64,000 bases of DNA from Octopus vulgaris (lineage: Eukaryota): the NCBI GenBank assembly GCA_951406725.2, contig OX597835.1, positions 30,194,001 to 30,258,000 on the forward strand, given 5' to 3'. The translations under genes were made by a program, and so were the position numbers. A model generated the notes under the pieces. It saw nothing but the letters and a program-made list of their open reading frames with translations. It did no database searches and was not told the DNA's origin. This document shows positions 56,346 through 64,000 of the stretch, piece after piece (the stretch's first letter is position 1; each line of letters opens with the position of its first letter).

Positions 56346-56482
56346 CCAACATGTAAAAGCACCCTCAATGAACACCTCAATTCAAGAGAAAAGAAATTAA
56401 TGAGCACAGCGGTAGAGAAGCGAGTCTTGTAGAAGGAGAGCAGTAGCTCCAACAGACCTAAGACATTATACAAATGGCCTAA

Positions 56483-56880
56483 GGCGGTGAGCTGGCAGAA
56501 ACGTTAGCACGCCAGGCGAAATGCTCAGTGGTATTTTGTCTACCGCTACGTTCTGAGTTCAAATTCCGCCGAGGTCGACTTTGCCTTTTATCCTTTCGGG
56601 GTCGATTAAATAAGTATCAGTTACCCACTGGGGTCTATATAATCGACTTAATCCGTTTGTCTGTCCTTGTTTGTCCTCTCTGTGTTTAGCCCCCTGTGGA
56701 CAGTAAAGAAATAAGTATTTCGTCTTGTCTCTACGTTCTGAGTTCAAATTCCGCCGAGATCGACTTTCATCCTTTCATCCTTTTAGGATCGATAAACTAA
56801 GTAACAGTTGCGTACTGGACTTGATCTAATCGACTGGCCTCCTCCTCCAAAATGTCGGGCCTTGTGCCTAGAGTAGAAAA
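56483..56880 (+). mobile_element. SINE family A dimer
   Basis: Same head-unit-unit-alternative tail layout as 9289-9682. Confidence 0.9.
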
Positions 56881-58959
56881 TTATACAATGTGCTCCGTGT
56901 CAGTGCTACTTAAAGTGGTGGTCCATGAGCCATCAGCTTTCGGTACGCGGCGAGTTTCCACAAAAGAAACATTATAAAATGCTAATGTAGTGTATTACTT
57001 GTTTACAAAATAAATATAAGATAAAAGAAATTGTCACCTTTTATTATATTAATTATATATATTGTTTCCGGTATAAATTAATATTACTAAGAAATATTAC
57101 CGGTCCCTAGCACATTGAAAAAAGAAAACTGCTAGTACGCCACGTCAGAGAGTTTGAGAAGCACAAATTTGTGACAGAGATTGCACCCACGTTTAGCCAT
57201 CGGAGACACTGCTCGAGCTTAGCTGGTACACCTTTCTGGGATACACCCATGGTCAACTCTGACCGAAGTGGGCCCTGTGTGTGTCTGGTTGTCTCTTATT
57301 GTTCCTCATCTTCTGCCTGTCTGTTTGTCTGTTTGTCTGTTTGTCTGTCACTCTGTCTGTCTGTCGGTCTGTGTGTCCTTCTCTCAGAATTGGATAAGCT
57401 GCGTTCTGAGAAGAATCAACGGGAAATGTCTCGTTCTCTTTCTCCAGAAATGGAGAATAGGTCAAGTGAGCAGTGAAACCTCCGCCTACCCCCCTCCTCC
57501 CCCTCCACCACCACCACCACCTCCTCCTCCTCCTCATCATCATCATCATCATTATCATCATCAACAAAATAAGCTTCACTATCTTCCTTCCTCCTGCTCA
57601 TTCCCGCCTCTTCAATTTTGTTGTTATTCTTGTTTTCCTTTTCCTTCTTCGTCTTTTCTTTTCATATTTCGTTTGCATCATTATTATCATCATCATCACT
57701 ATCACCATCCTCCTCATCAACATTATCATAATCATCATCTTACTCATCTACTTTCACCTCTCTCTTTTCTTCTTCCTCGTCTTCATTCTCCTTTGTTTTC
57801 TTCCTCTTCTTCCTTCTGATTCATCTTTTTCGTCTCCTTTCTTCTTTATCGTCACCTTCTTTCTTTTTTCCTCTCTCTTTCATCTTGACCTCTTGCTACT
57901 CCTATCGTTATCGCTTATTTATTTATTTATATATATATTTATTTATTCATTCATTCGTCAATTCATTCATTTATTCCGCAAAAATCTAAAGACCTCTCTA
58001 AAACCAGATACACTTCTGTACAGTGACTGCTACATTAATACCCTCACCACGACGACGACGACCACGACTACCACGACCACGACCCCCCCCCCACCACCAC
58101 CACCATCAACAACAACAACGACGACGACTACAAAAACTACAACAACAGCCCTTCATGTATTTAACTTGTAACTTGTAAAGAAATCTGGGAAATAGGCAAA
58201 ATCTCACGAATGGCATTAATTAAAGAATACCAACAACACCAACAACAAAAACAACGTCGGCAGCCATCTTAAATTCACAAACTTCTCACTCTCCAATACC
58301 CCTCTTCACTCTTCTTATCCTCCTCCTTTTCATCAGCTTCTTTCTTTTCTTTCTTTCTTCCTTTCTTTCTTTTCTTTTCTTTTCTTTTCTTTCTTTCTTT
58401 CTTTCTTTCATCAATTATTTCCTTTCTTAAACTTTGGATTAACATATTTCTATAGCCATTAGAGTTGAATTCTTTAAACATTTCTTTTCTTCTTTTCGTT
58501 TTTGAAATATTTATTTTCTGATGTTCTAAAATTTTGTAAACGGAATAAAACTAATATTATCGTTCGACTGGTGGAAGCAGTGGAGCGTCGAATGAAATAA
58601 TCTTGTGGTATGATGCTACCATCACTTCTACATTTCAGGTTCAAATCTCACTACACACATACCCTCATACACACACACACATATGTACATAATATTACAA
58701 GATTCAGTTCAAGAACCTTGTTTGGTGGCAAAAGCCAGACGTGGAATTACTAAATTCATATGTCCCGTGAATTTCAAACTCAAATTTTAAAATTCAAATT
58801 CGAAAATTCATGTATTCATTTGAAGCAAACAGTTTTTAATAATATAATATACTCACAATAATGTAAGGTACTTAATTATAACAATATAATGTACTAAAAA
58901 AAATTCGTTAGAAAAGGGTGTAATAAATTGACATCTGTCCATCAACTGTTACGTACATA

Positions 58960-59036
<77 letters not shown>

Positions 59037-59400
59037 GATGGGGTTCTTTCAGTTTCCGTCTTCCAAATCCTCTCACAAGGCTTTGGTCGACTTACGTCAA
59101 TAGTTGAATATACTTGCCCAAGGTGCTACGCAGTGGGATTGAACCCGGAACTATGTGGTTGGTAAGGAAGCTACTTACCACACAAGCAATACATATATAC
59201 TATACATACACACACACACAGACATACATATATATATACACATATACATACATATACACTCGTACATGTGCTCACACACACATGAACATACACATATATA
59301 TCCTTATAATTTCTGTGTGGTTCATGTGATCTCTTGACATTCAAATACATTATACCAAAACGAGTAATTTTATTCGTGTCCAACTCTCATTCACACCTCC

Positions 59401-59448
<48 letters not shown>

Positions 59449-59539
59449 TTAGAAAAATGGACAAAAGCATAGATCAACCAGCACACCGATTGAACCATAT
59501 TTAAAACTTGTTTATTGATATAAAGTGATACATAACGGA

Positions 59540-59653
59540 ACTAACAGCTGTTTCTGATCAGATTCCCAGAATGCAGTCTATACATAAATGCGAAAATAAA
59601 ATTCTTCACCTTCATAAGGCATTCGAATTGAGGCAACCGTTCTTCATCAGAGT
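59540..59653 (-). ncRNA. Hammerhead motif with long stem II, in element ~59447-59915
   Basis: Minus strand: ACT-CTGATGA-A-GAAC..GATC-A-GAAA-CAGCT-GTT-AGT; stem III palindrome AACAGCTGTT; stem I only 3 bp. Confidence 0.6.
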
Positions 59654-59976
59654 GAATAAAGAACATACAAATATAGTAAAGATTATTTGGCAACATAACA
59701 TGGTAGTCCTGGTTTAGGACGAATGTTGCTGTAATTCAGCCCAAGAAGACTTCGTCTCCGGCTGGCTATACGACACATTCGGTGACGTTACATTTTCGAA
59801 CAAGGGAAATTTCTAAAAGCATACAATATAAACAAAAGAAAGAAGCAAGAGGTAAGAAAACATCGTTTAGACAAATAGTCTAAAAGCCGAATATGTTATG
59901 TGCACATAGCAATAATATATAATGTATGGATATATATATATATATACATTACTACTACTTAGTAGTAGCAGTAGTT

Positions 59977-60051
<75 letters not shown>

Positions 60052-60133
60052 ATAATAATAATGATAATGATGATGATAATAATAATAATAATAATAATAA
60101 TCATAATAATAATAATAATAATAATAATATATA

Positions 60134-61460
60134 CCCTAATGCAGTACCAGGCAGTGGCTCTCATGGCTTCTGATCTTAACTGATTGGAAATGTTATCATA
60201 TACATTGTTTTATCTTGGTATAAAAGATGGGCTACACCAAATATTCTGCTCAATACCACAGATATGCTCGTCAGTTGCTTGACCTTAACCAGCTGAGCAT
60301 ATCCCTTAATGGCTGACAATATGTGCATTTCTGAAGGGTAGTGGGGTAGCATCATAGCCATGTGTTGAGAAAAATTCTATGGGGTTTGTATAATTCACAT
60401 CTGGAAACATGGGTGTTTTGTTCAACATCCTTAAACAATCCTTATTCAGGGACCTTTTGAGTCGGATGGGCTACTCGACATAAAGAAAATTCTAACTGGA
60501 CCCCACCTATTTTTTTACTGCCCACAAGGGGCTATAGACAGAGAGGACAAACAAGGACAGACAAACAGATTAAGTCGATTACATCGACCCTTAGTGCGTA
60601 ACTGGTACTTATTTAATCGTCCCTGAAAAGATGAAAGGCAAAGTCAACCTCGGCGGAATTTGAACTCACAACGTAGCGGCAGACGAATTACCTATTTCTT
60701 TACTGCCCACAATGGGCTAAACACAGAGAGGACAAACAAAGACAGACAAACGGATTAAGTCGATTACATCAACTCCAGTGCGTAACTGGTACTAATTTAA
60801 TCGACCCCGAAAGGATGAAAGGCAAAGTCTACTTCGGCGAAATTTGAACTCACAACGTAGCGGCAGACGAATTACCTATTTCTTTACTGCCCACAATGGG
60901 CTAAACACAGAGAGGACAAACAAAGACAGACAAACGGATTAAGTCGATTACATCAACTCCAGTGCGTAACTGGTACTAATTTAATCGACCCCGAAAGGAT
61001 GAAAGGCAAAGTCTACTTCGGCGGAATTTGAACTCACAACGTAGCGGCAGACGAATTACCTATTTCTTTACTGCCCACAATGGGCTAAACACAGAGAGGA
61101 CAAACAAAGACAGACAAACGGATTAAGTCGATTACATCAACTCCAGTGCGTAACTGGTACTAATTTAATCGACCCCGAAAGGATGAAAGGCAAAGTCTAC
61201 TTCGGCGGAATTTGAACTCACAACGTAGCGGCAGACGAAATACCGCTAAGCATTTGGCCCGGCGTGCTAACGTTTCGGCCAGCTCGCCGCCCTAACTGGA
61301 CCCCACCTGCAAGGTGATTCACCGTTTAACTTGATATGAGATCACTCTGTCGCGCATATATTGTAGTGATTCATGTGTCTACCCTTATCAGGGGTGTAGT
61401 CATGATGGAAATACTGGGCTTCGTATATTTTACCCCAGTTTCACTTTGTCAGCATGCACT
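60134..61460 (-). mobile_element. (TAA)n-embedded non-autonomous repeat, copy 2, interrupted by a SINE A tetramer
   Basis: (TAA)n on both sides; colinear with 4281-4778. Confidence 0.82.
60505..61291 (-). mobile_element. SINE family A tetramer (one head plus four 184-185-bp units) with 17-bp TSD
   Basis: Units start 60505, 60690, 60874, 61058; ctaactggaccccacct at 60492-60508 and 61292-61308. Confidence 0.93.
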
Positions 61461-62000
61461 CAATAATAATAATAATAGTTATAATAATCCTGTTTCGCTA
61501 CAGTACCTAACATTAACAAACACCGTTTCCTTTTGCCCCGTCATCCAGCAAAGGAAACATGAAATTCACTTAGCTATGACTCCTGGAGAGACAAACATGC
61601 TTTTCGCTGCTTTTGGGGGATTGACAATAAATTCTTAATATTTGCCATTCTTACAATTGTTGTTGTGGTGACCGAAGTGGTATTCGTGGTAGTGGTGGTT
61701 ATGGTGGATATGGTGGTGGTGGTGGTGGTGGCCTGTTGGATCTTTTCAAGAAAATTACTATCATAGATGTCACGTCAGTGCCACCTCTCCACAAGGGATA
61801 GATGGCTGGAGATGGAAGGGTGTGTGTAATTGGATATATGGTTGCATATATGTACATATATGCACACATGCATACGTATATATGTGTGTGTGTATGTATA
61901 TATGTATTGCCTGTATATGTGTGTGCATGTATGTATGCCTGTATACACACACATATATATACACACATCTATATGTATATATGCATTATATATATATATG

Positions 62001-62074
<74 letters not shown>

Positions 62075-62166
62075 TAAAGTCATATACATATATATATATA
62101 TCTGTGTATGAGTGAATGTATGTTTGAGAGAGAGAGATATAGAGATAGAGATAGATAAATAGATAG

Positions 62167-62270
<104 letters not shown>

Positions 62271-62715
62271 CTATTTGAGAGAGGGAGAGAGATTGAGCGA
62301 TAGTTAGATGGCTAGTTGGATTAATGAATGCATCGATGGATGGATAAATTTGCATGGCTAAGATGTATTTTGTTAATCTCGTGGATTTGCAAAATAAATA
62401 AAATTAAAGAAAAACATCCCCGCGCCACCAAAAATACAAATGAGCAAGAACAACGAAATATCGCCGATTAGGACAATACGGGAAAAACATAACAAGATGA
62501 GGGAGAGAGGTTTTTTTTTTTCATTTATATTGTTTTGAAATTTGTAATGTTTTTCTTTTTCATCTTTTCTAGTTTCAAACAGAAGCTGATCTCTTTGGCC
62601 GAGATTTAACTTCGACTGTGACGTTAGATCTATTGTTTCACGTCAAGAGTTAACTCCTGTTTAGACTTTCTCTAACGAAATCTCTCCCCTCTTTCTCTCT
62701 CTCCCTCTCTCTATT

Positions 62716-62752
<37 letters not shown>

Positions 62753-62862
62753 CTGTTTGTCCCTATATATATATTTCATATTTCTCTCTATTTTCCTCTA
62801 TCTATATTTTCACCTTCTTGCCATCATTCAAATTTCTGTCTTTCGTTTCTCTTCCTCCCTTT

Positions 62863-63350
62863 CACCCAACCGAAACACTTATACTCCCTCTCTATCTCTT
62901 TCACTCTCTCTTTCTCTCTCTGCCTCTCTTTATCACGTTCTCTCTCATACACACACATAATAACATATACACAAATATACGCACACTCAAGCAATGCCCC
63001 ACTTTTTCTCACTCGCGCACACACTCTGTCACAAACACACACATCTCTTTCCCCCACTCTCTCTCTCACGCACACACACACACAGAAAACACGCTCCCAC
63101 GCACATACATACACACACACCCAACCGAAACACTTATACACCCTCTCTATCTCTCTCAGTCTCTCTCTCTCTCTTTCTCTCTGTGCCTCTCTTTATCCCC
63201 TTCTCCTTCTTTCACACACACAAGCACACACAGATATACACACCCTCAAGCAATTCCTCTCTCATTCTCACTTATATATACACACACACACTCTGTCAGA
63301 GACACACAAATCTCTTTCCCTCTCTCTCACACACAAAAGGAAAACGCACA
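62863..63350. repeat. Diverged tandem duplication, 255-bp period
   Basis: cacccaaccgaaacacttata at 62863 and 63118, with colinear CT/CA-rich bodies. Confidence 0.75.
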
Positions 63351-63679
63351 TACACATACACAGTAAACAGACACACACACACACACATGCATCACAGGGT
63401 AATTGTAAAATCATCGTGTAGAATTAAATTATCTTCTTTTTTAGAATTTTGTCCTTTATGTGATAAAGTTAATCTTTAAAGAACGTTTAAAAATTTCATT
63501 CGTCTATTCTCTCGTCATTAATAAACAGAGAAAAATTATGTCTAGTTAAGAAGCTCTCTGTGCAATAATGCGGTTTCATGTTCAGTCCCACTACGTGGCA
63601 CGTTTAGCAAGCTCCTTTTAGTATAACCCTAGGCTCACTAAAGGGAATTTGGTGGACGGAAATCATATGTATGCTTCCG

Positions 63680-64000
63680 ATGAGAATTAATGTTGTAAGA
63701 AGATCCCCCGGAAGGAAAACCCCGAGGACAAAGAAATAAGAAACTACAGTTTGGTTGAAGCCATAGCCATTCGTAATAAAATGAGGTGTACTGGTTGAAT
63801 GTCCCAGTGAAAACCTCAATGTAAACACAATAGACCTGACATAGTAATTTGGGATGAAGAAGAGAAACTGTGGATAATTATGGAAGGCAGCTGCCCAGCG
63901 GATATTAATACAAAGCTAAAGATCCGCGAAAAAGAAAATATTTATGCAGAACTATTGAGGAACCTATAGATACTCTATCCAGATTACAAGTTCAGGTTTA
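63680..64000 (+). pseudogene. R4/Dong-like LINE restriction-like endonuclease fragment (runs off window)
   Basis: From 63820: CKHNRPDIVIWDEEEKLWIIMEGSCPADINTKLKIREKENIYAELL, the HNRPD..E..P..EK..Y pattern; in-frame stop follows. Confidence 0.85.

Noticed and set aside
57268-58171. 183-aa and 232-aa ORFs
   Set aside because: Low-complexity pyrimidine and trinucleotide sequence without recognisable domains.
60505-61241. Regular array as CRISPR or as a hammerhead retrozyme array
   Set aside because: No unique spacers or cas genes; units are SINE bodies with no CUGANGA core on either strand.

Overview
Eukaryotic, AT-rich, extremely microsatellite-dense DNA, apparently intergenic or intronic. 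The SINE repertoire and repeat density fit an octopod cephalopod (Octopus-like); this is inference. I can support no host protein-coding gene, and almost all ORF-track entries are microsatellite translations. The window holds several tRNA-derived SINE families, decayed Tc1/mariner elements (including a DD36E-spaced transposase), three MITE-like elements, two non-autonomous Helitrons and R4/Dong-type and RTE-type LINE fragments. The most striking content is a set of short, non-coding elements sitting mostly in (TA)n tracts that carry type-I hammerhead-ribozyme motifs with palindromic stem III: about ten motifs in six sequence families, plus one weaker pair. They occur as outward-facing fold-back inverted repeats or as terminally redundant monomers of about 520-590 bp, which suggests non-autonomous Penelope-like elements or retrozymes. 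All calls were made by eye and coordinates may be off by a few bases.
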